Below are positions 28,707-42,715 of a DNA stretch of 64,000 bases, piece after piece. The notes beneath the pieces are model-generated. The model saw only the letters and a program-made list of their open reading frames with translations. It did not search any database and was not told the origin of the DNA. This stretch comes from Hyphochytrium catenoides. Taxonomy: Eukaryota > Protista > Hyphochytriomycota. Each line of letters starts with the position of its first letter. Position 1 is the stretch's first letter. The stretch lies in NCBI GenBank assembly GCA_900088475.1, contig FLMG01002136.1:1-64000 (forward strand). Reading direction: 5' to 3'. Both the position numbers and the translations under genes were made by a program.

Positions 28707-31700
28707 TTACAGGTTAACGTTCACCTTGGCCGTCCAGAAAGGAATGCCGTGGCTCTTTGCCTCCTCCGACAACAAATTGCCCGACCAGTCGCCTCCATCG
28801 GCTTCAACAAGCCAAGGCCTGATGCTAACGTCTAAGTACCCATCATCCCAGGTGTATGCCAAGATTTTCACATCGTTGGCGCCTGCCTTCAGTGGGGCAC
28901 AGACGACAAAATCGCGTTGGGGACCGTCCCCATTTCCATAGTATCGCGCCATCAAGATGCCGTTGATCCAGACAAAGGCTGTTGGAGAGCCACGGAGCCT
29001 AAGCCGTAGGGGTAATTCAATCTCGGAAGTTTCTGGAAGAGAAAAAGAGGAGCGGAACCACTGAAGTCCATGGCAGCGGCTAACTGGTAGTTCATCAGCA
29101 ACTGGGTCCAAGAGAGTCCATCCCTGGTTTGAGTCTTCATCAGGGAGCCCGGAGGAGCAGTACGCATTCGGCAGTTGTCTGACGTCTACACCGGCCACCC
29201 ACCACGAAGCGTTGCCTATCTTGGCAATAGAATTTGACCTACAAACATTATAATATAAGTCAGACCCAGGTCAACCAGCTTGATGAGCTTTGGCCATTAC
29301 TACCAGTCCCAGCTATCTCAACACTATACATGTTTCTCGGACTTTAAAGTTGGCCAGGGGCTTGTTTAAAACAGAAGCAGCGAAAGTAGTCTTTTTGCTT
29401 GCCCCCCTTCGTTTTACTCTTTTCTCCCGCTTGAGTATCTCGCACTTGCTTACCTCAGTGAGGCCTTCAGTAGCCCACGAGGACTTCGGGCATCATCAAG
29501 GATGAAGACTTGGCGATTCAATCCGAAGTTCTCCGCCAATATGAGTATCTGCTGAGCGGCCACTGTAGAAGTAATAGATGTTCCATACTTAATGTAGGGA
29601 GAGATATCATACCTATGAGGGTAGAAGAGGCCAACGATGGATCTGTCAGTAACGTAGAAGGTATGACGGGGGATTGATGCAGTCAAATCCTCAAAAGTCC
29701 ATGGAGCCCAAGAGCGAGCACTTACTCTTGTGAGCCCAAGAAGCTTACGTCAGGGCCCATCTTTCCTCCCGGCCTTAATAGTTGGTGCGAATAGGTCAAG
29801 TGACCCCCAACTATCTGACCATTGACGATAACGGTGGCCCGATGTCTCGCATTGATCCTCAGGATAAGTGACTTGGGTTCGAGTTTCTCCCAAAACTGTG
29901 CCTGAGAAGACTGCAGGACCAGATCGCACTTATATATAATATGTCCGGAGGTAAAGCAGAGATCAAGCGCTGTCTCTTTGGGAGAGAAGTTCATAACTTT
30001 TGGAGAAATAGAGAGGGAGGAGGCCAATGGGACAAAGCGATATTCTGACCAATTTGGCTGCCGGACTTCCCACTTACTGAACTCCGCTCTCATGCTTTCA
30101 TCTTTCAAATGCAGTACCGGAGGAGATCTTTTCGGCAGATGCTGGTGATGGACAAGAGCGGCAGGAAAGGTGTCCGATGACGCCATCCAGGTTTCAGGAT
30201 CGTAATGGACAAGATGAGCTGCTGAAAGAAGAAAGACGTCCCTCTCATCTTCCCTATAATCCACTTGTACACTTTCAGGGCTCAGCCAGAGAGCGGCGTA
30301 AGGACCCCAAGAAAGTGAAAAGTGCTCATCGTCCACGTGTGCCTCAGGACTGGCAACAGCCGACAGTGTATAGAGTTGAGATTTGTCCAGAGCCAAGATA
30401 TACAGGTTTCCTGCTGAAGGCGAAGAAATGACAGCCCAACCAGTAGAGCGGGCAAAGGAGACGATAGTGGCTCCAGCTTCTTCCTTCTTCTCCACTTTAG
30501 CCAAGAGGTTCCCTGCCACAGCGATTGCAGGGTCTAGGAAGACCATGCTGCCCAATATCTCATCATCACTCTGAACCACCCAAAGTTCTCTTTCTCTTTC
30601 CATTCCATTGACCTCCTTCACTCGAAGCATGGTCCTTACGTGAATGGGAGTTGATGAGAAGAGAAGCTTCGGTCCTGATACAGGCTTGTAGTTACCTAAA
30701 GCTATAAAAGCTTGTTTATAAGGTAGGTGGGCGGGAATCTCCAGCTCTACACGTTCTGCCTTTCTGTCGTCGCTGGGAAGCTTTACTCGTAGGGTGAAGT
30801 TTGTCTTCCTCTGAACGTTAAAGTTTCTGAGAAAAACGAAGCGGGCTCCTGTCACCGATTGTCTCTGGCGATTGACCACACCTTCATCATTGCACAGCAC
30901 ATCTTGAGACTGACTGAGATCTGTCCTCGATAAATGCTCTGAGAAGGAGCGGGCGAACAAAGCACCCAGCCGAAGTTTCCGCAATCTACCGGAAACAAAG
31001 CCGTATTCCCTGAGGCAGGCACTGTAGTCGTAGGAAGTATACACATCCGGATCACCTGAAGAAGGCAAGGATGGGGAAGGGTCAGCTAGGAGGTAAGAAA
31101 TCTAAGGCAGGCAAGTTCTTCCATATATCACCGCCTCAACTGGCGCTTGATGGGCCATGGCCTTGGCCTTGGCCTTCATCAAAACCGTTTTCTATGTGCT
31201 TTCGGCGTTTCTATCTGCATTTGGTCATCCTCTCTTATCACCCAGCCTTGGTGACATCCGTTTGCCGCCCGTTTTACCTAGGGTGCCCCAGTTAGTCCCT
31301 CCAAAGAACATATAATAGTTCATGACAGTGCAGCCTTGCGCGACGACGGTATCAAAGATAGTGCGTGTATAGTTCTCCCCATAAAATCTGTAGATGTGAT
31401 CGTATGTGTGCTGCAATTTATAGTGGTTGAACCAACCACCCTGCAATTCCGCGATGAAGATAGGAGTCTGAAGGCGCAAAATGAAGAAGCGTTATGAGAA
31501 GGAAAGGGATCAAGAGAGATGGTATCGTCAGAAGCCAGATTTTAAGGCCCATCAGAACGAAAGCCCTAAGGGCTCTGCTTTACCTCTGCGGCGGAGAATC
31601 CAAACCCTCGGACAGTCTGCTCCATTCCATCTAAGGACTGCACGACATCCTTCGTGTCCCAATCGCCCCAGTCTTCATATTTCAGTTTTTTGGGCTTCTT

Positions 31701-33534
31701 GAACTGACTGGAGGGGGCAGAGGCAGGCACAAACACAACGTACTTGTCGAATCCAAAGAGATCCAGCCCAAAGACTTTCTTTCCCCAGACGGTGGCGTCA
31801 TCTTTCTTAACCAACCACGAACCGCCTTCAAAAGCGTCGTTGGTAAAGAAGGGAACCTAGAAGGAAGATAAGCCCAAGACAACCGGTCCGTTATCATCCC
31901 AATGCAGAAGGACTATCGAGATATGAGGCAGAGAACATAGCTCTACAGCAATTAGACAAGTTACTGCGGCATCTACCAAGAGAGATAAGTTGACTGTATT
32001 GTGTAGAGGCTGGGATACAGGAGATTGGGTTCGGAAGCAGAATGCACAGGACTGTACAATATTGTAGCGTATAGAATGATGGGCGGGGTCTAGGGGTCGT
32101 ACCGTCATCATGAGGTCTCTTGCAGACTTGGCCAATACTCTCATATCATCGTGAATCCCCACTGTCAATGGTCCCAAGCGCTCAAACATCTCGTTTTCAA
32201 TCTGCATCCCGATCACGCAACCTGCAGCGGTCAATACAGAGTCCTTAGTGGTTCCAGCACGGAACGGAATACACCCTTGATTATCTTTGTCTTCCTCAAC
32301 ATAGGGTCGACCCTTCTGCTGTGTGTTTCCTCCTTCCCTCCAAGCGTACTCATAAATCGTTACTTCATGCTATGAACCTTCATGGTGCTCACCATCATTG
32401 TTCTCCGTGATCTGGTGTCTTCGCAGGATGGGCAAGAGGTGGCTAAACCACTCTTCACAGTAAAGAGCATACTTGGAGTCAAATCGTCTCAAAAAGTGTG
32501 TCACTGCATGGCGGATCCGCACGTCTCTCTGGGCAACTACCCAGACTGGGATACCGCCGGCTTGCGTTTCAGCACAGATGTAGGGGCCTTTTATAGGGAG
32601 CAAAGCAAAAGTGAATAAGAAGAGACTAATGAGCGCGCACAAGCAAGGATCATTTCGAGGACGACCGGGCTGACGAAGAGATGTAACAAGATAACTGCTA
32701 GAGGAATGCAAGTCTCCGATAAAATGAACACATTCGCCTGCAGCACCTCACCTGGAGCAGCAAGGACGTAGAGTCCGATCTCCTCGCATAAAGAGAGGAG
32801 GTACTCTACATCGCGGTTGCCATCAAAGTGGTAAACTCCTTGAGCTGTTTCAAGAGGATGTTAGACCAGAGAGATTGGTACTAATCATTAAAAGATTTGG
32901 CTAGGGAAGATGTGGGAAGAACCGGCGCAGAAAGAAGCTGTGAAAGTAGATTTATGGAACACAAGTAGTTCCTATGTTCGCGTAAGGAATGAAAAAGAGA
33001 ACAGCACAAGGCTAGAAGAATAGGAAAGATAACGGCACAGAGTTGTCTCAAAAGCAAAGCCGGTGGAGACTTGGACCAAAGCAGGCCAAATGTCACGCAG
33101 CAACCGCATTTTTCTCCTCCAAGCAAAGTGCTGCAAAGTATATCGCATTCTGTAGGCGAGAACCCGATGGTCTTACCTGGTGAATGAAAGCCCCAGTGGA
33201 AATAGATGCGTATGCAGTTAAGTCCGGCCGACGCGTACTTGCGAAGGATAGGCTCCCACTGATCCCTGTCAGGCACCCGCCAATAGTGGAACTCTCCGCT
33301 AACGATTATCTTGGGCTTGCCATGGATGTAGAGGCAATGCTTGTCCCACTTGATAATATGCCCATACTTCTCCATGTCATAGCGGCAGGAGGACGTTGTA
33401 ATGTCGGTTCGGGTACCGAAATGTGGAAGATAGCAGTAGTAATAGTAGAGCCCTGCGAGTGCAGCAGCGCTTAGCAGAAGACCCAACAAGGCATAGCCGA
33501 GCAGCGATAGAAGCTGGAAGACGAGGTCCATCAT
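28707..33534 (-). CDS. Glycoside hydrolase family 35 beta-galactosidase, long multi-domain form with an N-terminal hydrophobic anchor
   Basis: IVSGEFHYWRVP...GLNCIRIYFHWGFHSP, GPYICAETQAGGIPVW, VIGMQIENE (acid/base Glu), FIAELQGGWF (nucleophile Glu), NYYMFFGGTNWG, YTSYDYSACLREYG, and C-terminal AFVWING...GPQRDF. Confidence 0.93.
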
Positions 33535-34790
33535 TCTGGTTTCGACTGTGGCCCGATGATGGCGCTCCAGAGGGCCAACGATAACCTGAAGTCAGAGTTA
33601 TCTTCGACAACGTCTTCGCGCGGGCCAGTTACGCGCAGGTAGTCCTGGATGGAGTCTGTAGCCTCTCCCAGGCACCAGGTATTGGGAAGTGGGCGATCAG
33701 AGTTGCGACCATTGTGACGCAGAAGTGGTTGCATGACCATCAACCCCACCGCAGTTGCAGGAAATGCAGGGGGTGGTGGTGCCTATGACCAGCTCCATGA
33801 CCAGCAGGTTGGACAGGAGGTTGGACATCAGAAGCAACAGAATATCCTGACCAAAGCGTACCGCTAACGGCCACGCAACAAGAAGTATACGGACAGGTTC
33901 TGCCCTGCCAAAAAAAGAGTAGTGAAGAGCATCACATCACACATCACCCGCTGCTGCCCGGGGCTCTTTCTTGGTTCGTCTCCTAGTCACAGGCATGGAA
34001 GCGGTTGTTCTCTTCTGTGGTTCTTGTGATGTCTTCCCGTCTGACAGAACTTGATTTCTTTGTTGTCTCGTGGGCTCGGAGACAGGAAAAGAACCAGACT
34101 CGTGTTTGAAGCCCTCTCGCTTTTTTGAACAATGTGCCAATGGGTTCGCTATGTGACTGGTGGCGCCCTACCTCCCGTCTATTAGTAGTCTCCATCCCTC
34201 TTGTTCGTACAACGATCGTTGATAATTGATAACATAGTTCTAGAACTAAATAACAGCCCTTAACTGGTTAGCTCTTCTTTTTGTCCACCGCGCAGCGTGT
34301 TGGCGTGCAGTAGGCCCTGACCTCATGCTTTGTAAAGTCCTCAACTCCGAGCCAAAAGCCTAATACCTTAAACTTCCCGTGTTCCGATCAAAGTCACAAT
34401 CATCGTCCTTACTATTGCTGCATCTGGCGACAGATCGGGAAGTTCTTATTTGCATGGCAGAAGTAGGAAACCAAATGTAATTATAGAACTTCTTCTTCTA
34501 TATGTGATTTGTTGGCGAACAGTATTCACCTGCATTTCTAGCGCCGATGGTCTGAGTGAGTAGTCTCTTGCCTTTTGGCAGCTCCCATGAGAAAGCTGAT
34601 GGTGCAGGCCGACGATATTTATTCTGAAGAAAAAGACTTGTAGATGTATCTCTAACTGCCCGGTCCTTGACTCGTACTACTTCTAGCCAAAGAAGTATAA
34701 ATCATTATCATCTGCTAGGTGTACCTACGCTAAGCTGCCTTGCACGCAAGGCGTGTAATAGATAATGGTGCTGAGATAACTCGCATGCTC

Positions 34791-37007
34791 TCAGGACACA
34801 TGATGAAGCTTTGCAAACCTTGCTCGAGCTTCTACATACTCAGAGTGCTTATCACGCTTCCGATGATGAATTGGGTCTATTTCTGACACCAGTGCCTGCA
34901 TGTCCTCAGTATATGCGTATTGCTCAGCCGTGGACGTTTTTCTTGGCTTCTGGGTTCCCGGAAGATCCACGAGAATTCCTAGTCGAGATGTTAATTCAGA
35001 GCAAGGGGCATTTCCATCGCTTGTGCCGACATACCAGTGAGGTGACACTTCTGATGGGGCTTTGGCTTAGGCTTCTTTAGCTGCTTCTGGTCTTGTGCCT
35101 CCTTGTTCGCCTCGTGAAGCAGCCTACATTGTGCATGGCATTATTAGAGTCCTAGAGATCAGTCAACTGCTAGTCCACTCACTCTTTTATTGTGGTATCG
35201 TTGACAAGTATCGAACCTTCGTGCTCTGAACTCATCCTGCTGACTTTTATGTGTGCTAATTAGAATAACTCCACAATTCTTATATCCTGAAGTCACGGCC
35301 GGATTTGGTGGCCACAGCAGCAATGGCAATAAAGCTCACAAGAAAGGATGATGTTGGGCTCTGTGAAATGTAGATTAGCCGCATAGCCAATGAGGATTCG
35401 TCTGCCAGCATAGACGGTGAAGGCAAGAAGGCTGGTGTTTAGTCTGCAGACGGCTCTTTTAGAGCTTGTGGATAGAGCTTTATTGCAACTTCTGAAACGC
35501 CCATATCAAACAAAAATCAGACTAGTAAAGATCTAATCCTTCAAGGATTCTGTAGTTACTGATTTATAAAGATTCTGTGTATGTAACGCCCGACTGACTC
35601 TCTTTGTAAGGCCTTATTACGAGATCTTTGTACGAGAACTATGGTAGGAATCCTTTCAATGTCTGCGTCTTCAGTCTTCACATTATTCCTTTCTGAGTCC
35701 ACCACCGCCATAGCTGAGGGAAAGTCATTGAGGGACCAAGCTGCCAGAGCTGATAGTCAGTATCTCCCTTGTAGGACATGACTTGTCACGCCCAATAATT
35801 CACATACCTGCAACGAGAGCTCGTCAAGATCAGATTCGATGAGAGGCTTCGTGGTCGTGGACATAGCCTTTGCCAGTGCTGAATATGATGAGGCGAGGAG
35901 AGACTGCCCTCCATGAGGATCTGTCTGACTCACTTCCTCAAATGCGCGCAATAGGCGTCGATAATCTTCGTTTTCATGCTCCGTCATACTCTACATGAAA
36001 GAGTATGAGTCCAGGTTATAGTGGTTCTTCAATCACGTGGCGTAAACCGGAAAAACGGACGCACCCTTGAGGTTGCAATGTCTCCCGCTACTACTGCCCT
36101 GGCTTGGTTTGCCTCTCGAAATGATGGTAAAATTAGTTCCTACGAAGCAGTGGTACCTTGAATACGAGCAAGTAAAGGATGCAATTGCTTGGATAGCCAC
36201 GCTACCATCTTCTGTTCACCGGCACTGTGTCGAGCCCTTCGATAGAAGTCTAGAGCTTTCTCCGCCCATTCCAATATAGGTCCAGTAGCTTCATTAGAGT
36301 CTGACGTAGGATCTCTGCTGTTGGCTAGTTTGCATCTTGCAAGCCAGATGTCGCCAAGGCCCTTGCAGCATTCTTTCTTGCTGTGGCTCCTGAGAGCATT
36401 GTTCTGGCAAGCAACAACAGCGATCAACACAACTTAGACATCCATGTCATCCATACATGCTATTGCTGAACCTAAAGACCTCATAAATCCCTTCCGCAAG
36501 TGCCAGAAACTGTCTAGCTTGATCCCGGCTGTTGGCTCTTCGTGACTTGTTGCCTTCTGCATGGATAGAGTCCTCTGTCGTTTTGGTAAAAGTGGTTGGG
36601 GACCCTAAGCAACCACTTGACGGTCTATGGGAAGATTGCTATACCTACCGGAGGCATATATCTGTCCTTGGATTGCTCTGATGTTCCCTAGATGCAGTAT
36701 GCTTTCTAGGGTAGGGACGTGTGCGGACAAGCAGTCAAAGGTCGCTAGACCACAGGATATTTTGCATCATCTGGTATACTCACCCGCTTCTCTAAGCATC
36801 AATTCATAGTTGTTTGAGTTGCGATACCTTGCGTCACCTTTCTTGAGTGCTCTTAATATCTGTATTAAGTTAGGTTGTAAGGTGCGCCTTTCGAATCGTC
36901 ATTCAGCTCTAGATGTATATTCAAGAGACGGACTCACTCTGTAGCGATTTATTGTTGCCTCAAGCTCCTGCGCCACATGCTCAAGCCTCTTGAGCCTGAC
37001 CTCCATC
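34791..37007 (-). CDS. Hypothetical multi-exon protein, possibly helical-repeat/TPR-like
   Basis: Exon-like ORFs at 36140-36430 (CCKGLGDIWLARCKL...AEKALDFYRRA), 35757-35987 and terminal 34791-35048, with GT/AG boundaries. The start is approximate. Confidence 0.55.
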
Positions 37008-37950
37008 AAGTACTCTTTGTTCTTCTCACATGTCACCTTCTCTCCCGGGACATCTGAAAGAGTCGCGTCCTTTGTTAGCGCCCCACCCCTCGTATCTATT
37101 TAGCTTAACTATGAGGTCCTTATCAGCCTACTCACCAGCGATGATCTCCAGACCATGAATAGGCTCATAGCTGACATCTTCGTTACGTTGTGCCATCATT
37201 CTCAGTGTTTCTTAAACAAGACGACACACGAGATGGTGGGTCGCTCTGACCCATCGACACTTAGTTCTCCTTCTCAGACGAGATGCGATGCGGAGACGAT
37301 ATCGAGGTCTGCGTTGAGGACAGATTACTCTTACCCCTCCAAAGGTAAAACGCAGTGTGAAGTGTGCCTTTTCGAGAACTGGTGATGGCTCAATCTACCA
37401 ATGTACCGAGAACTAACCTTGTTGTCAATGATTGATAATCATTGATGGTGTGATTATTTTCTGTTCTCGGTTACGAAGACAGCGTTGTGTAGCAAGAGAG
37501 GTGTACTGTTTCCCAGAAAATCAATGTGCTAGTTATCGTGTCAGGTGGAGTGTTGATAAGGACGACCGACGCCAGAATGAAACGACATGCCAAGGAAAAG
37601 AACTCTGTCGCCACCACGAGACCTGAGTGATGCATCAGAGCTCAAATGCTCCGGTCCCCTTAAAGGCTCGTAGACCTCTTCTCCTGGGCTGGGCGATGGT
37701 CTCATGGCCTTCAAGCCCAACCGCATCTCTACCAGCGCCCAGTTGGTTGACCCTTAACCCCATCAGTCTATTTGACTCAAAAAAGATAGGCGTGTCTCCG
37801 ATGGTATCGGAGACTTAAGAGGCCTGGTGGTACCCGGCATGCCATCTACTTTGCTGCATCCTACATGGCTCAAGGGCGAGCTTTACTGTCGCTGATAGCT
37901 ATAAAAGTACCTTGGCGTGCAACATTCAGGAAGAGTTGCATGCTGGGAAG

Positions 37951-40900
37951 ATGGCTCGCAGAATCGCGGTTCAAGTCCATGACACCGAGGTGGTTCTCCT
38001 TATCCTGGTGGGCTATCGATGTCACTCTTGTATTCTCTCTTCGTCCTGACCAAAGCATCCTGCCATCAGAAGTACCTAAAGAGCCGTGGCCATCATGAGG
38101 CAATGCGGAGTCTTGAAAAAGAGACACGGATGACTGTAGAAGACTATGAGAATGAGACGATAGAGTTCTATCGGGATCTCGTATTGGATGGCAAGTGGGA
38201 TACTCTCATTTCCGAGCTGGAGCCCCTTCGTGGTGCCGGTAATGCCTATGATGAGGTGAGGACGTGGCTCTCCAGCTGCAAGGCTCCTTGTTCTGAAAGC
38301 ACCTTCGGCAGGTCCTCTATCAAATCAGAAGACAGATGTACCTGGAGCAGCTCAACCTTCACTGCAAAGTAAGCGCACGAAGCGATGTACTTCTCGTCCA
38401 GGGCAGAACTCATCTCCTTATGTAGGGAGAATCGCTGGATGAGGTAGAGCTTATGCAAGCTCTGGAGATCTTAAGACTATGTGTAAAGGATGAAAGGGAA
38501 TTCCATCGCCTTTGCTATCTTATGAGCCTCTCGCAGCTGCAAAAGGACCCGGATTATGCGCATTGGAGCCCACTTTCGGGCCGGGTGCAGTGCTTTGAAG
38601 CTCTGAAGCCGCATCTGCAGCAGGTACAAGGCTACTCGATACCAAGAGTCAAACCAAAAGCTGCGAACACCTGCGGCTCATTCATTTGTTCAGGCTCTGG
38701 GCTTTGTAGGAAATGCACCGAGGCCAACCATCCCAGCAGAGCAGTTATGCAGTCTGCTGTCGATCGCCATCCAAGAGAAGGTACTTGACGTTCTCATGTC
38801 CTGCCCACCTAAATAGACTCTCGCCTACTACGATCCAGAGCTTCAGTGCCTTCTATCTCTTGCATCCCAGTCCTCAGCTTCTAGTAACCTCAAATTTCTA
38901 ATAACGCCATCCTCCTTCATGGTCTGTCCTTCAGCTGCAGCGTTTTGAGATCACAAAGAGCTTGTCACAAGAGTCATCTCTCGAGATATCCATTCTCTCC
39001 GATAACCTGGTTGGATATATTATCCAGGAAGATGAGCGGACTCCACTCATGCTTAGAGCTGAATCTGTAAGTAGAGCCTTTTCGTAGATTGGTGCTGCCT
39101 TTCAATGTCCCTAATCTTTTCGTCCATCAACCCTTTCCCTGATTGTCACACCCTGATACGTTCTCTTGAGGCTATTAGCCTTAATGTCTCACGTTCTCTT
39201 GAGGATATTAGCCTTAATGTCTCACAAATTTCTTCATCCTTGCCTTACCTCACCCTGGGTGACTAGGTTCGACCGAAGAACGAAAATTTATGGGTCGACC
39301 TCTCCATCATACCACTGCCTTCAGACTTTAAAGTGAGGCCATAATCTTGCCCAAAGGACCTTCTCCTCTTCCTTCGCCAAAAGAATCATTCTTTCCCTAT
39401 CACATAAATTTCTGCTAACGTTTCCCTGCGATGTCTTGTTCCTTATGGTCAGGGCCATAGAGTTTCTTCCTCAACAGTACTTACACCTAGTCAAGAGAGT
39501 TTGAAGGATCCAGGCGTAGGAGGAAGGGGTCCCCAGGACGACAATGGCTTCAGACCTCTATGTTCGGCAGATGGACAATATAATGAGGGTGGAGAAGGAA
39601 GTGCGAAGCAAGAATCAGCCACATATGGTGCTATACTTCCACGAAGTACCACAAGTGAAATGGGGCAAGAGATACAGACTACCCATGAGCAGGAGACAAC
39701 GAAAGAGTTCAGCAGTGCTTCAGCTTCAGCTGCGCCAATCTTCCCAGTTTCTTCCTTCGGAGATCTTTCTGTTTCCCAACGAAATGAGGAAGACCAGAAC
39801 AACCAAAAGGAAGGAGGCAATGGGTTCGAGGAAAGGGAAAGAGTACCGATACGGAAGAGAATCCAACCAAAGCCTCCACCAGAGACAGCGCTTCACTCGA
39901 ATCAGAGAGCTACGCAGCTAATTAATCAGGGTTCCGGCACTACTAGAAAGAAGGATCACCCAGTGGCTGCTGTCCAACCTCCTTCTAACGAAGACGAGAT
40001 GAAGATTTCTACAACAGATCACGCCATACCAAAAGCCGGGGGTAGAAAGGGCCTTGCAGATGGGAGCTTAAACTTCAAGGATTCTGGTTCTGAAAGGATC
40101 CCATCCGTGCAACCGTTGGCCTCGGGTGAGCACTCGTTCAGAAATATGTTAGCCTCAATTGCCAGCGTCTCGTGGGTCCACTGTATTTCATCCTTTCTAA
40201 CCACAATCTTTCCCATGTCACAGCGGACCAAACTTCTGGAGTTTACCCGTTACTCCAGAAGAGTAGCTCCCCAAAAGTGGCATGGCAGTCGCAGTACACT
40301 CCTGACGGCGGGGACACTTCTTTAAGCAGCATGCCCGCCAGGTCACTAAACCAGGCAGTGAGCAAAGAGACGCGGAGCCCTTTCCTTCAACCTGACTCAG
40401 TGAGGGTGAAGGGGACAGGCACCCATATTAAGGCGTTCTCCGGCAATAGGGAACCCCAACGCATAGCGGAGGATCTCCAGCTTACGTCCGCACGTACAGA
40501 GGGAATAGACCTGATTGAACCTAAAGAAACAGAGGAAGACCCAGCAATGCATTCGGAAACATCTTCCCCAACAGGTAGAAATCCGGCTTCTTTTCTGCAA
40601 TACGAGCACCTACATGCCAAGCATTTTCAAGAGTATCTTCCTGTGGCCCAGGATACCGAAGATCAGGTACAAGATATGAATAAGATGCCCCCAATAAGGG
40701 AAATATGTAGAATACCCTCTTTAAGGGGACTGCTTTTCGTTCGCTGTTTGACCTAACCCTTACCTCTCAATTTACCTCTAACATGCTCTTCTCCTAGCCT
40801 ATTCGAGCTGTAGCGTTTGATCCCGCTGGTAAATGGCTGGCTGTTGGAACGAACGCAAAGTCTCTTCGAATCTGCTCTGTTAGTGAGACTTTCCCTCAGA

Positions 40901-42715
40901 GTGAAAAAGGCGCCAGCAAGTCCTCAGCTTTTCTAAGCAGGGAAACATTGGGTCCTGGATTTCTCTCTCCTCTTCCTATCGGCTATGAACGCCCAAACCA
41001 TCACCTTGGGTCGGTCTATTGCGTGGCGTGGAACTCCGATTCCAGCTTACTTGCGACGGGTAAGGAGTTAGTGAAGACTCACATACGCGAGTGCGGATAT
41101 CCCATGTGCACCCCTCAGCCGCCCATCCTATCTGCGAGTCCGCCGTCTTTTTTTGTACCTGATGGGTCCTGGATAGCCTTGAAGAAATGTGTCGGGTTCT
41201 CAGTTGAACTCTCTTTGTCTCTATCCCTTGTCTCGCTTCGTACAGGCTCAAATGATAAATCTATAAAGGTTATCCGGTTAGTGCATGGGATGTCTTCCTT
41301 CTTAAAGGTGCCAACAGTGTCGTCAGAAGAAGGTCTAGATGTCAAACTGCAAGGACATAATGGAACCGTCCGCTGTCTATCATTCTCACCTAGGGGAAGT
41401 GATCCTGTACTTTTCTCAGGAGGANNNNNNNNNNNNNNNNNNNNNNNNNNNNNNNNNNNNNNNNNNNNNNNNNNNNNNNNNNNNNTTACCATCAGCAAGT
41501 TAGGAGATGCCACTTATACGTCAGATGGTCTACAGTGCCTGCAGCTCTCGAAGCAACAGCCCCAAATATACTAAGGTTCTGTTGTTGTCCTTGTGTTTCC
41601 AGGAGACAATGCGTGCCGTGTCTGGGATCTCTCGCGGACAGCTCAAGTCCCGACTCTTACTCTCCGCGGCCACTCTGACGTGGTCTACGATTTGTGTGCA
41701 CTGGAAAGTGGCCAGCAGGTGAGAGGTCTTTGCATTGTACACTTGAGCATGTCGGAGGGTTGACCCTTCATTTCGCAGTCAGTTGGTCTTCAGTCGCATC
41801 CTGTACTTCTTTTCTTACAGCCGAAATATCTGCCTGTACCTTACTCCTTTGTATCACCGAAGCAGAGATTTTTATAGACTATTCGAAGTCGTTTCCGGCG
41901 TCTGTCTTACCATAATGTGACTCCCTTCCCTTGTTAAATGGGTAGGTGATCTCTGGAGGCGGGGACAAGACTTTGCGCCTTTGGGATGTACGAAGTGGCT
42001 GCTGCGAGCGCATTCTCTACGGAAGCAGCAGCACAATCCAAGCTGTGGCCGTCTCTAGGACGAATCGTAGGTGTATCTAAGCATATTCTGAGCAACATAC
42101 TTCTCAGGCACTGGTGTTCCTTCTGATTTATGATCTGCCCACATCACTCCCCACAACCTTCTGTCTCATTTGATAGTCTTTCACCATTGGTCTAATGCAA
42201 TCTCCGCATCCATCTCAGAGTCTATTGTCGCCACTGGTCATGCCGATAACTCCTTCAAACTATGGGACATCACACAAGGCCGAATGCTGTTTGAGCTGGG
42301 CCCGCATTCCGATGAGTGCAGGTCTGTCGACTTTTCGCCTGACGGAAAGTGGCTACTTTCAGGTAAAAAGGGTTGTCAGTCCGTCTTCTTTTGTCCTCGT
42401 ACGTTGTAGCTCCTTAATATTTCAGCCTTCCATAGCTTATCTGGCAGTTCGGCCTGCAACTCTTCCGCCCAACGATAAGTGAGCGTCTGCCGATTGAGTC
42501 AATCTAACTTCGTCTACCTAGGGTCTTTTGATGGCTGTGCGATCGTGTCTTCTGTGTACTCCTCTTTGCCGCCTCAGGAGCGAATCGTCGCCACCTACAA
42601 AGGACATAGTGATAAGTTGCTGCAAGCAAAATGGCATCCCTTGCTCCCTGTTTTTGTTACAACCAGTGCCGACAAAACAGTCAAGCTTTGGATGCGAAAG
42701 ACTCTGGCGCCGTAA
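37951..42715 (+). CDS. WDR47: WD repeat protein 47 (nemitin): LisH + CTLH, low-complexity linker, WD40 propeller
   Basis: N-terminus MARRIAVQVHDTEVVLLIL|KYLKSRGHHEAMRSLEKET...FYRDLVLDGKWD (LisH/CTLH). WD region IRAVAFDPAGKWLAVGTNAKSLRIC, HHLGSVYCVAWNSDSSLLATG|SNDKSIK, HSDECRSVDFSPDG, GHSDKLLQAKWHP...TTSADKTVKLW. Confidence 0.88.
39158..39225. repeat. Intronic tandem duplication, 33-34 bp unit x2 (acgttctcttgagg.tattagccttaatgtctc)
   Basis: Two nearly identical adjacent copies inside a WDR47 intron. Confidence 0.9.
41425..41485. other. Assembly gap (N run)
   Basis: Run of N within WDR47. Confidence 1.
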
